40,468 nt of DNA from an uncultured Dehalococcoidales bacterium. GTDB taxonomy: Bacteria; Chloroflexota; Dehalococcoidia; Dehalococcoidales; JAUYDJ01. Positions 7,482 to 17,171 of the stretch are shown here, piece by piece; position 1 is the stretch's first letter; every line of letters starts with the position of its first letter. The stretch spans positions 1 to 40,468 of the forward strand of contig CAYFGR010000002.1 of NCBI GenBank assembly GCA_964343135.1. Direction: 5' to 3'. A program made the position numbers and the translations under genes. Under the pieces are notes generated by a model, which saw nothing but the letters and a program-made list of their open reading frames with translations, did not search any database and had not been told where the DNA came from.

Positions 7482-7484
7482 ATC

Positions 7485-8264
7485 TTATCCCTCCCCCCTC
7501 TTCGCCTCCTCCCACAGGGCGTTTTGCTCATCAAAAGATAGCTCGCTGAAACTAAGCCCGCGCTGGCGGCAGAACATCTCCATTCTACTGAAACGCCGGT
7601 AAAACCGCCGGTTTGTCCCCCTGAGGGCTGACTCCACGTCTATCCCCTGACGGCGAGCCACGTTAACCAGGGTAAACAGCAAATCGCCAAACTCCTCAGC
7701 TTGCCTTTCCTGGCTTTCGGCTTGCCGGAACTCAGCCACTTCCTCCACCAGCTTATCAATCACTCCGTTGATATCCTCCCAGTCGAAGCCGACCCGTGCC
7801 ACCCGCTCCTGAATTTCCTGACTGTAACTCAGCGCCGGCATATGCCCCGGCACATTCACCAGTATTGAGGCATCACTACCCCGCTCCGCCTTCTTAAGCT
7901 CCTCCCAGTTAGCCAACACTTCAGCGGAGTCCTTAACCTTCACCGAACTAAAGACGTGGGGGTGACGATACATTAATTTATCACCGATACCGCGGATTAC
8001 ATCCGTTATCTCAAATTCCCCGACTTCGCCCGCAATCTGAGCGTGCAAGACAATCTGCATCAGCAGGTCGCCAAGCTCCTCACAAAGCTTTCCCGAATCC
8101 CCCAGGTCCAGTGCCTCCAGCGTCTCGTAGCACTCCTCCAATAGATTCCGCCGGATAGAAACGTGGGTCTGCTCCCTGTCCCAAGGACACCCATCCGGGG
8201 CGCGTAACCGGGCGATAATTTCCACTAGCGTGTCAAACTGACCGCTATTTCCCGATAGTGTCAA
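7485..8264 (-). CDS. mazG: MazG nucleoside triphosphate pyrophosphohydrolase (tandem MazG domains)
   Basis: Key motifs are LRAPDGCPWDREQTHVSIRRNLLEECYETLEALD and EELGDLLMQIVLHAQIA. It uses a TTG start 5 nt after AGGAGG. Confidence 0.9.
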   Translation of the reverse strand: MTLSGNSGQFDTLVEIIARLRAPDGCPWDREQTHVSIRRNLLEECYETLEALDLGDSGKLCEELGDLLMQIVLHAQIAGEVGEFEITDVIRGIGDKLMYRHPHVFSSVKVKDSAEVLANWEELKKAERGSDASILVNVPGHMPALSYSQEIQERVARVGFDWEDINGVIDKLVEEVAEFRQAESQERQAEEFGDLLFTLVNVARRQGIDVESALRGTNRRFYRRFSRMEMFCRQRGLSFSELSFDEQNALWEEAKRGEG

Positions 8265-8285
8265 TTTCCCCTCCTTAAATCGCTC

Positions 8286-9233
8286 TCAATCCGAAGGCAG
8301 TATCGTCCCGATTAACTGGCGCTGCCCCCGCAAAAACTCGGCGGCGGGCATAGCTCGTTTTCCCTCTATTTGAATCTTCAGTACCCCTAATATACCATCC
8401 CCGCTGTGAATACCGAATACCGTCCCCTCCCCTGCCGGCGTCAGCGCCACCACCCGTCCCGGTTCCAGTTTCGCTTCCCCAGGCAGAGGCACCGCTTCGA
8501 TAATCTCAAGCCGTTTACCCTGCCACCGGGTAAAACAACCGGGCCAGGGCTGGAAGGCACGCACCCACCGCCACAAATCTAAGGCCGGAAGGCGCCAATC
8601 CAGCTTACCAACCGCCTTGGTTATGGGCTTACAGTAAGTAGCCGCCGCATCATCCTGGGGTTCGGGAGTAATCTCGCCCCTTTGCCAGCGGGGTAAAATA
8701 TCCCCGAGCAACCCGGCCGCTACCGCAGATAACTTCGTCGTCAGTGAGCCAGTAGTGTCCCGCGGTAAAATCAGAATCGGCTCCCGAGCTAATACCGGAC
8801 CGGTATCCACCCCTTGCTCCATAACCATAATACTTATTCCGGTGAATTCATCGCCAGCCCGTATCGCTGCCGCCACCGGAGACGCACCACGATATTTAGG
8901 CAGCAGCGAGGCATGAAGATTTAGGCACCGGTACCTGGGAATATCTAAGACGGGCTGCGGGAGAATCTGCCCGTAGGCAGCTACCACTATTATATCGGGC
9001 TGATAATCATTCATTTGCGCCGCCGCTTCTGTCGCCTTCAGGCTAACCGGTTGCACCACCGGTAACTGCCGACTCAAGGCTGCCTTTTTTACCGGAGACA
9101 GAACCAAAGAACTCCCCCTGCCCGCCGTTTTATCCGGTCGGGTATATACCGCCACCACGGGATAGCCATTAAGTATAAGCTGCTCGAGGCAGGGAACGGC
9201 AAAATCGGGGGTACCCATAAAGATGACCCGCAA
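8286..9233 (-). CDS. fmt: Methionyl-tRNA formyltransferase
   Basis: Motifs include RVIFMGTPDFAVPCLEQL, NLHASLLPKYRGASPV and MVMEQGVDTGPVL. I prefer the TTG at 9233 (AGGAGG 6 nt upstream, N-terminus M-RVIFMGTPDF) over the track ATG at 9290, which adds a non-homologous 19-aa leader. Confidence 0.88.
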   Translation of the reverse strand: MRVIFMGTPDFAVPCLEQLILNGYPVVAVYTRPDKTAGRGSSLVLSPVKKAALSRQLPVVQPVSLKATEAAAQMNDYQPDIIVVAAYGQILPQPVLDIPRYRCLNLHASLLPKYRGASPVAAAIRAGDEFTGISIMVMEQGVDTGPVLAREPILILPRDTTGSLTTKLSAVAAGLLGDILPRWQRGEITPEPQDDAAATYCKPITKAVGKLDWRLPALDLWRWVRAFQPWPGCFTRWQGKRLEIIEAVPLPGEAKLEPGRVVALTPAGEGTVFGIHSGDGILGVLKIQIEGKRAMPAAEFLRGQRQLIGTILPSD

Positions 9234-9536
9234 GACTATCCTCCTCGTACCAAATTCTAACATTATAAATATTTTCCAACAACCAGCCATTTTGTACCTA
9301 CGGGGGTGAGAATTTTATAAAAAAGGAAGTCTGATAGACTTTGTAAGGGAAGACAGGGGTCATCGGTAAACAACAACTATCCTAGGAAACATTGCCATGA
9401 GTGGAGAAAAATTATAAACTTTTGACTAGTGTTACTTTTAACTTGTCTCCACTGATTACCCCCCACTTAGTAACTTGCTGGCTACATTAGATTGGGACTG
9501 TGCTTTTTATTAAGCTGTTGAATACGGATATTAGAA

Positions 9537-10907
9537 TTGGGGGACTTGATGCAAGGTAAGCCAGCGCCAGAAATCTGGGAAACGGCTTTAGGTGAACTCC
9601 AGATTCAGGTTAGTAAGTCAAACTACCGAACCTGGCTGAAGAAGACCGTAGGAGTACGTTATCAGGACGACCAGTTTGTTATCGGGGTACCCAACACCTT
9701 CGTTGCTGCATATTTAGACAAGAACCAGCGCTCCCTGATTGAAAAGACGCTCATCAGTCTGACCCAGCCGGATATCAAAGTTACCTTTCAGGTAAATGGC
9801 CGGTATCATAACTCGTCGGATAACCATACTTCTCAAAACACTAGTCTCACTAACCGAATAGCGGACACCCCCCGGTTTAATGCCAAATATACCTTTGACT
9901 ACTTTACCACTGGTAGCAGCAACCGTCTGGCTTACGCCGCCGTTATGGAAGCCACCCAAAACCCGGGACAGGGCTATAACCCGTTATTTATTTATGGCGA
10001 CTCCGGCTTGGGCAAGACCCACTTACTTCACGCCGCGGGGCATGCCGCTCTTGCCAACCACAGTCAGGTTCTCTATGTTAGTGCCGAGCAATTCACCAAC
10101 GAGTTTATCAACGCGGTACAACAGAGAAAAACCGAGGAATTCCGCCACAAGTACCGCAGTGTTGATATGTTGTTGATTGACGATATCCACTTTATCTTTG
10201 GCAAGGAGCAGACCGAGGAAAGCTTTTTCCACACCTTTAACGAATTGCATAACGCTAATCGCCAGATGATAATTACCAGCGACCGTTCGCCCAAATTGGT
10301 ATCCTCACTTACCGAACGGTTACGCTCCCGATTTGAGTGGGGATTAATTACCGATATACAACCACCCGATCCTGAAACCCGTGTGGCTATTTTACAAGCT
10401 AAAGCAAGTCGAGAAACAGTCAGCATCACGCCTGCCGTACTAGATTTAATTGCCCGCCAGAATCACCGAAATATTAGAGAGCTTGAAGGCTGCCTCAACC
10501 GGGTTGTCGCTTTCGCCCGGTTGACTCGAACCTTACCCACTCTAGAAACTGCCACTGAAGCCCTCAGAGATATCGCCAGTATTAAGCCCAATACCGCAAA
10601 CATTACCCCGGGTCAGATAATAAAGACGGTGGCTGATTGCTTCCAGCTAACGCCGGCTGATTTAACCGGTCGTAAACGAGACCGGGCCACGGCGCTGGCA
10701 CGCCAGTTGGCGATGTACCTCCTCAGGGAGCATACCCTGTACTCACTTACCCAAATCGGGGCTGAACTGGGTAGCCGGGATCATTCCACGGTTCTCCACG
10801 CCTGTGCGAAAATAACTGGTGCACTTGACACCAACCCCTATCTGCAACATAAAATAAGTGAGTTCCGGCAAATAATCCAGACCCCACCCAAAACACGAAA
10901 AAACTAG
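9537..10907 (+). CDS. dnaA: Chromosomal replication initiator DnaA
   Basis: Features are the AAA+ Walker A GDSGLGKTHLLHA, the LLIDDIHF box, and domain IV KRDRATALARQLAMYLLRE...SLTQIGAELGSRDHSTVLHA. The start is either the TTG at 9537 or the in-frame ATG at 9549 (MQGKPAPEIWE). Confidence 0.95.
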   Translation: MGDLMQGKPAPEIWETALGELQIQVSKSNYRTWLKKTVGVRYQDDQFVIGVPNTFVAAYLDKNQRSLIEKTLISLTQPDIKVTFQVNGRYHNSSDNHTSQNTSLTNRIADTPRFNAKYTFDYFTTGSSNRLAYAAVMEATQNPGQGYNPLFIYGDSGLGKTHLLHAAGHAALANHSQVLYVSAEQFTNEFINAVQQRKTEEFRHKYRSVDMLLIDDIHFIFGKEQTEESFFHTFNELHNANRQMIITSDRSPKLVSSLTERLRSRFEWGLITDIQPPDPETRVAILQAKASRETVSITPAVLDLIARQNHRNIRELEGCLNRVVAFARLTRTLPTLETATEALRDIASIKPNTANITPGQIIKTVADCFQLTPADLTGRKRDRATALARQLAMYLLREHTLYSLTQIGAELGSRDHSTVLHACAKITGALDTNPYLQHKISEFRQIIQTPPKTRKN

Positions 10908-11151
10908 TCACATTTTATTCCAGCGTAACATCACTATTTATCAACACTAACTTCCCAAACAGCTAGCTACACGCTGTAGATAACCGGTAACATTTTGTGG
11001 GTACTGTTTTTTCACTATCAGCTTCAAACCATGCCCCGTTACCCGCCACCCCTTCTCCCACTGAATGGAATTTATGCCAGACCTTTTATTATAATAAGTA
11101 TTAAGTACATATTTAACTAATATAAAATAGAGAATATTAACCTTTTGTTTA
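10908..11151. other. Candidate oriC (DnaA-box cluster + AT-rich unwinding element) between dnaA and obg
   Basis: Three near-consensus DnaA boxes are present. They are TTATCAACA (10938..10946, 1 mismatch to TTATCCACA), TGTAGATAA (10975..10983, 1 mismatch to TGTGGATAA) and TGTGGGTAC (10996..11004, 2 mismatches). They are followed by a ~70-nt stretch at about 11075..11145. My hand count of line 11101..11160 gives 18% GC. Confidence 0.4.
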
Positions 11152-11154
11152 GTG

Positions 11155-12417
11155 ATGTTTGATAAAACAGAGATTATAGTAAGGGCAGGTAGCGGCGGTA
11201 ATGGTGCTGTAAGTTTCCGTAGGGAGAAATTTGTACCTTTCGGTGGTCCCGACGGTGGTGATGGTGGTAATGGGGGTAATGTGGTGCTCATGGCGGATAC
11301 AGACGTTATGAGTCTGCGCCAATTCAGGCGGAAGCGATTCTATCGTGCAGCTAGCGGTAAGGATGGTCGGGGGAAAAAGTGGTACGGTAAAACAGGCGAC
11401 GACCTGGTGTTACTGGTACCGGTGGGTACCGTAGTCGAAGATAAGGGAGAGATAGGCGAAAATACCTTCATTGCTGATTTAGCGCATTCCGGTCAGCGGG
11501 TAGTCGTTGCTGAGGGCGGTAGAGGCGGTCAGGGTAATACTCACTTCGCTACGCCGACAAATCAGGCGCCGAGGATTGCTCAGAAAGGAGAAATCCGAGA
11601 GAATAAGTCACTAATACTGGAACTGAGGCTTATCGCCGATGTTGGCATAATAGGTTACCCCAATGTGGGGAAATCCACCCTGTTGGCCTCGGCTACTGCC
11701 GCCCGTCCCCGGATTGTCGGTTACCCGTTTACCACTCGCGAACCGGTATTGGGGGTAGTGGAGGTCGGGTTTAAGAGCTTTGTGCTGGCGGAAATACCCG
11801 GGCTTCTGGATGGCGCTCATCTCGGCCGGGGACTCGGGCACGAGTTTCTACGACACGTCGGGCGTACCCGGATGCTAATCCACCTGGTAGATGGCAGCTC
11901 TCTATCACCACTGGAGAATATGAAGCGTGTCAATGCTGAACTGGCCCTGTTCGATTCGGCGCTGGCTCAAAAGCCCCAAATGGTGGTGATAAATAAAATT
12001 GACCTGCCTGAGGTTCGGGAACGTTTGGCTGAAGTAAAGGAAACTTTAAACCAGGCGGGAATAATGGTCTCTTATATTTCGGCAGAGACCGGTGAGGGTG
12101 TTGCTGAGGTTATGGCTGAAATTACAGGGATATTGACTCACGTTACTCCGGAAACGGTTATCAAGACCCCGTTGCAGGTATTCCGTCCCCGTCCCAAATA
12201 TAGCAAATACGCGGTAAGTAAAGATGGCGATACTTTTGTCGTAGCCATGCCTGAATTGGAGCGCTTCCTTATCGCTACCGATGTTACCAGCCCCGGAACA
12301 CACCAGCAGCTTAAAGCGCAAATCGGACGATTTGGAGTGGTTAAAGTCCTGGAGAAGGCAGGCATAAAGCCCGGTGATAAAGTACGTTGCGGTAATATAG
12401 AATGGGAGTGGGAGTAG
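11155..12417 (+). CDS. obg: GTPase Obg/CgtA
   Basis: Features are MFDKTEIIVRAGSGGNGAVSFRREKFVPFGGPDGGDGGNGGNV (Obg fold), the G1 motif GYPNVGKST, NKID, and a C-terminal OCT-like domain. The ATG at 11155 is preferred over the GTG at 11152. Confidence 0.93.
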   Translation: MFDKTEIIVRAGSGGNGAVSFRREKFVPFGGPDGGDGGNGGNVVLMADTDVMSLRQFRRKRFYRAASGKDGRGKKWYGKTGDDLVLLVPVGTVVEDKGEIGENTFIADLAHSGQRVVVAEGGRGGQGNTHFATPTNQAPRIAQKGEIRENKSLILELRLIADVGIIGYPNVGKSTLLASATAARPRIVGYPFTTREPVLGVVEVGFKSFVLAEIPGLLDGAHLGRGLGHEFLRHVGRTRMLIHLVDGSSLSPLENMKRVNAELALFDSALAQKPQMVVINKIDLPEVRERLAEVKETLNQAGIMVSYISAETGEGVAEVMAEITGILTHVTPETVIKTPLQVFRPRPKYSKYAVSKDGDTFVVAMPELERFLIATDVTSPGTHQQLKAQIGRFGVVKVLEKAGIKPGDKVRCGNIEWEWE

Positions 12418-12418
12418 C

Positions 12419-13024
12419 ATGAAGATAGGAATTCTGGGCGGTACTTTTGACCCTATCCATCAGGGGCACCTTGTGGTGGCGGAGGAGGTAAGAACCCGGC
12501 TGGAATTACCGGGAATTATTTTTGTGCCCGCCGGGCAGCCGTGGTTCAGGGTAAATAAGCCCGTGTCAGCGGTGGACCACCGTGTTGAGATGGTGCGCCG
12601 GGCAATTGCCACCAGGCCTTACTTTAAGCTGTCCACTATGGAGGTAGAGCGACCCGGCCGGACCTATACCGTGGATACCATTGCTGAGTTCCGGGAGCAG
12701 TATGGTGCTGAGGCCGAGCTATTTTTTATTTTGAGTCGGGGTACCTTTGCCGAGCTGCATCTATGGAAGGAGCCATCGCGGCTTATTAAGATGTGTCGCT
12801 TCGTCGTTGTGCCTAGACCCGATATGCCGGACCCTGACATGAAAAAACTGGAAGCTAAAATTCCCGGTTTGGCGGCACAAATAATATTCGTGGATAAGCC
12901 GGAGATAGACATCAGCGCTACGAAAATTAGAGACCGGCTGGCCCGTGGCTTATCCATCAGCCAGCTCGTCCCCGAGCCGGTAGCCAGATATATTAAGGAG
13001 CACGGGCTGTACAAAACGTCATAG
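12419..13024 (+). CDS. nadD: Nicotinate-nucleotide adenylyltransferase
   Basis: The N-terminus is MKIGILGGTFDPIHQGHL, and an ISATKIR motif lies near the C-terminus. The start is 1 nt after the obg stop. Confidence 0.9.
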   Translation: MKIGILGGTFDPIHQGHLVVAEEVRTRLELPGIIFVPAGQPWFRVNKPVSAVDHRVEMVRRAIATRPYFKLSTMEVERPGRTYTVDTIAEFREQYGAEAELFFILSRGTFAELHLWKEPSRLIKMCRFVVVPRPDMPDPDMKKLEAKIPGLAAQIIFVDKPEIDISATKIRDRLARGLSISQLVPEPVARYIKEHGLYKTS

Positions 13025-13034
13025 GAGGCACACT

Positions 13035-13598
13035 GTGAGGGTAATTGGGATTGTCGGTAGTCCGCGAGTTAATGGCAATACGGAAATACTGACCAGGCAT
13101 ACTTTGGGAGCAATAGAAGAGGAAGGACTTGATACTGAGCTTATCTGCCTGGCCAAGATGGATATTCGTCCCTGTAATGCCTGTATGGTCTGTAAAATGG
13201 AGGAGAGTTGCCCCATTGATGATGATCTGTTTCCGCTCTATACCAAAATAAAGGCGGCGGAGGCGATTGTACTGGCTTCGCCGGTCTACTTCAGCGCCGT
13301 CTCCGGTCTAATGAAGTCGTTTATGGACAGAGCCGGCTATATTGCCAAGAATAATAAGGCATTTACGGGGAAGGTAGGCGGTCCCCTGGTTGTAGCCCGC
13401 CGGGGTGGCGCTAATTTTACCTTTTCCGAACTATTGCTGTGGTATTACATCCTCGGTTTTAATATTCCGGGGTCGACCTACTGGAATATCGCCTTCGGTG
13501 GTGACCGGGGGGAGGTCAGCAACGACGAGGAGGGACTCACCAACGCCTGGAATTTCGGCAAAAATGTGGCTTACCTAGTGAAGAAGTTAAAAACTTAA
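13035..13598 (+). CDS. Iron-sulfur flavoprotein / NADPH-dependent FMN reductase family
   Basis: The N-terminus is MRVIGIVGSPRVNGNTE. The compact Cys motif CNACMVCKMEESC (CX2CX2CX5C) is typical of Isf. It uses a GTG start after AGGAGG. Confidence 0.8.
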   Translation: MRVIGIVGSPRVNGNTEILTRHTLGAIEEEGLDTELICLAKMDIRPCNACMVCKMEESCPIDDDLFPLYTKIKAAEAIVLASPVYFSAVSGLMKSFMDRAGYIAKNNKAFTGKVGGPLVVARRGGANFTFSELLLWYYILGFNIPGSTYWNIAFGGDRGEVSNDEEGLTNAWNFGKNVAYLVKKLKT

Positions 13599-13642
13599 GC
13601 TTACCGATGGCGTGAGCGTTGACTTTACACCGGCCCGCGCAG

Positions 13643-15583
<1,941 letters not shown>

Positions 15584-15665
15584 TCACCCCCTGTAAATAA
15601 TGTGAACTGAAAGTAGGTGTTAAAGAGCGTGAATAAATGGAAAAACAGTTTCAGCGGAAAAACAA

Positions 15666-15715
15666 CCAGCTATATTTTCTACAAATGAGCCGGTCTCTTT
15701 TAACAATATAGCTGG
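15666..15715. repeat. Perfect 11-bp inverted repeat between the hisS 3' end and the gyrB 5' end
   Basis: CCAGCTATATT (15666..15676) and AATATAGCTGG (15705..15715) are separated by 28 nt. Confidence 0.6.
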
Positions 15716-15773
15716 TGACGTAACCACATCTATATTATAACATAATTTAAGTGGGAAGTGAAGCTAAAGACAG

Positions 15774-17021
15774 TTATTTTACTAGCTCTTGCAACTCGTT
15801 AACCGGCACAAGTTTTTGTTCACCGGTGGTCATGTCACGCCGGATGACGGTGCTGTTCCTGACCTCTTCCTCGCCGATAATTACAGTATAATGAACGCCC
15901 AGATTATTCGCCTGCCTGAGCTGGGCTTTCAGACGCTTGCTGCCTAGGGCGGCAATTACTTCAGCACCGTTCCGCCGGAGGGTGGCGGCAAGCTTTACGG
16001 CTATTTTCTTGGCTTCATCGCCAACATAAGCAATAAAAAAGCGGGGCTTGGGAAGAGGTGGCACGGTGCTATTTTCTCTCTTCAGGTTGAGAATTATCCG
16101 CTCCATACCGGTAGCAAAGCCGATAGCCGGTGTGGGCGTACCCCCCAACTCCTCGATTAAACCGTCATATCGTCCCCCGCCACCGAGGGTGCTCTGGGCG
16201 CCTTCTGCCTCGGGTTGAATCTCAAAGACCGTTCTGGTGTAGTAGTCCAGGCCCCGTACCAGACGGTGGTTGATGATAAAGGGAAGCTCCATCAGCTTCA
16301 GGTATTCCTTCAACCGGGTGAAGTGTTCACCGCATTCGGGGCAGAGGCGGTCGGCGCTGCTCGGGGCGGCGTCGGCGATTTGCTGACAGGCAGGTTCTTT
16401 ACAATCAAGGAGGCGAAGCGGGTTTTTATTCAGCCTGACTCTGCAATTCCGGCAGATATTATGAATATAGTTGGCGTAATACTCTTTTAGCAGCGTGAGA
16501 TAATCCGGACGGCACTTTTTACAGCCGATGCTGTTAAGGTTCAGTGTCAGGTTACTGAGGTTCAGCGATTGAAATAACTGCCAGGCGATATCAATAACTT
16601 CAGCGTCAAGGGCGGGGTCATCACTACCAATTACCTCGCAGCCAAACTGGCGGTGCTCGCGGTACCTCCCCGCCTGGGGCCTTTCGTAGCGGTAGATGGC
16701 GGCAAAGTAATAGAGCTTCACCGGCTGCGGTAAATTACCCAGTCCATGTTCTAGAAAAGCCCGGCACACTGGCGCCGTGCCCTCCGGTCTCAGGGCGATA
16801 CTGTTACCACCTTTGTCTTCGAAGGTGTACATTTCCTTTTCCAGGATGTCGGTACCTTCCCCCACGCTGCGGGTGAACAGACCGGTGTCTTCAAAGACTG
16901 GGGTGTCAATACGCATGTAACCGTAGCGCTGGCAGAGACCAATGGCTGTTTGCTCCACATGGCGCCAGTAGGCTTGCTCCTGTGGTAGGATATCTGAAGT
17001 TCCGCGCGGTGCTCGGTACAA
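15774..17021 (-). CDS. hisS: Histidine--tRNA ligase
   Basis: Motifs include MYRAPRGTSDILPQEQ, FERPQAGRYREHRQFGCEVIG (class II motif 2) and GGGGRYDGL (motif 3). It uses a TTG start after GGGGAGG. Confidence 0.93.
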   Translation of the reverse strand: MYRAPRGTSDILPQEQAYWRHVEQTAIGLCQRYGYMRIDTPVFEDTGLFTRSVGEGTDILEKEMYTFEDKGGNSIALRPEGTAPVCRAFLEHGLGNLPQPVKLYYFAAIYRYERPQAGRYREHRQFGCEVIGSDDPALDAEVIDIAWQLFQSLNLSNLTLNLNSIGCKKCRPDYLTLLKEYYANYIHNICRNCRVRLNKNPLRLLDCKEPACQQIADAAPSSADRLCPECGEHFTRLKEYLKLMELPFIINHRLVRGLDYYTRTVFEIQPEAEGAQSTLGGGGRYDGLIEELGGTPTPAIGFATGMERIILNLKRENSTVPPLPKPRFFIAYVGDEAKKIAVKLAATLRRNGAEVIAALGSKRLKAQLRQANNLGVHYTVIIGEEEVRNSTVIRRDMTTGEQKLVPVNELQELVK

Positions 17022-17171
17022 ATTTGCCTCCCCGGTCCGGCTTATAAGCTAGAATACCGTATTAACGCCGGCGTTGTAAAGAGACATTGATCTAATTTTA
17101 CACGGATAGAGATGTGGGCTATACTTAAATATGGTCCCTGGTGGGGTTAAGATGGAAGGAGTCCGTAAAAT

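Noticed and set aside
7367-7549. 60-aa plus-strand ORF
   Set aside because: It is read straight through the tRNA-Pro gene and its promoter.
9234-9290. 19-aa leader of track ORF 8286..9290 (MAGCWKIFIMLEFGTRRIV)
   Set aside because: It is not Fmt-like. A TTG with an AGGAGG RBS at 9233 gives the canonical M-RVIFMGTPDF N-terminus.
10947-11291. 114-aa minus-strand ORF with a proline-rich N-terminus (PPLPPSPPSGPP)
   Set aside because: The Pro-rich part is simply the antisense of the Gly-rich Obg N-terminal fold. The rest runs through the AT-rich candidate origin.
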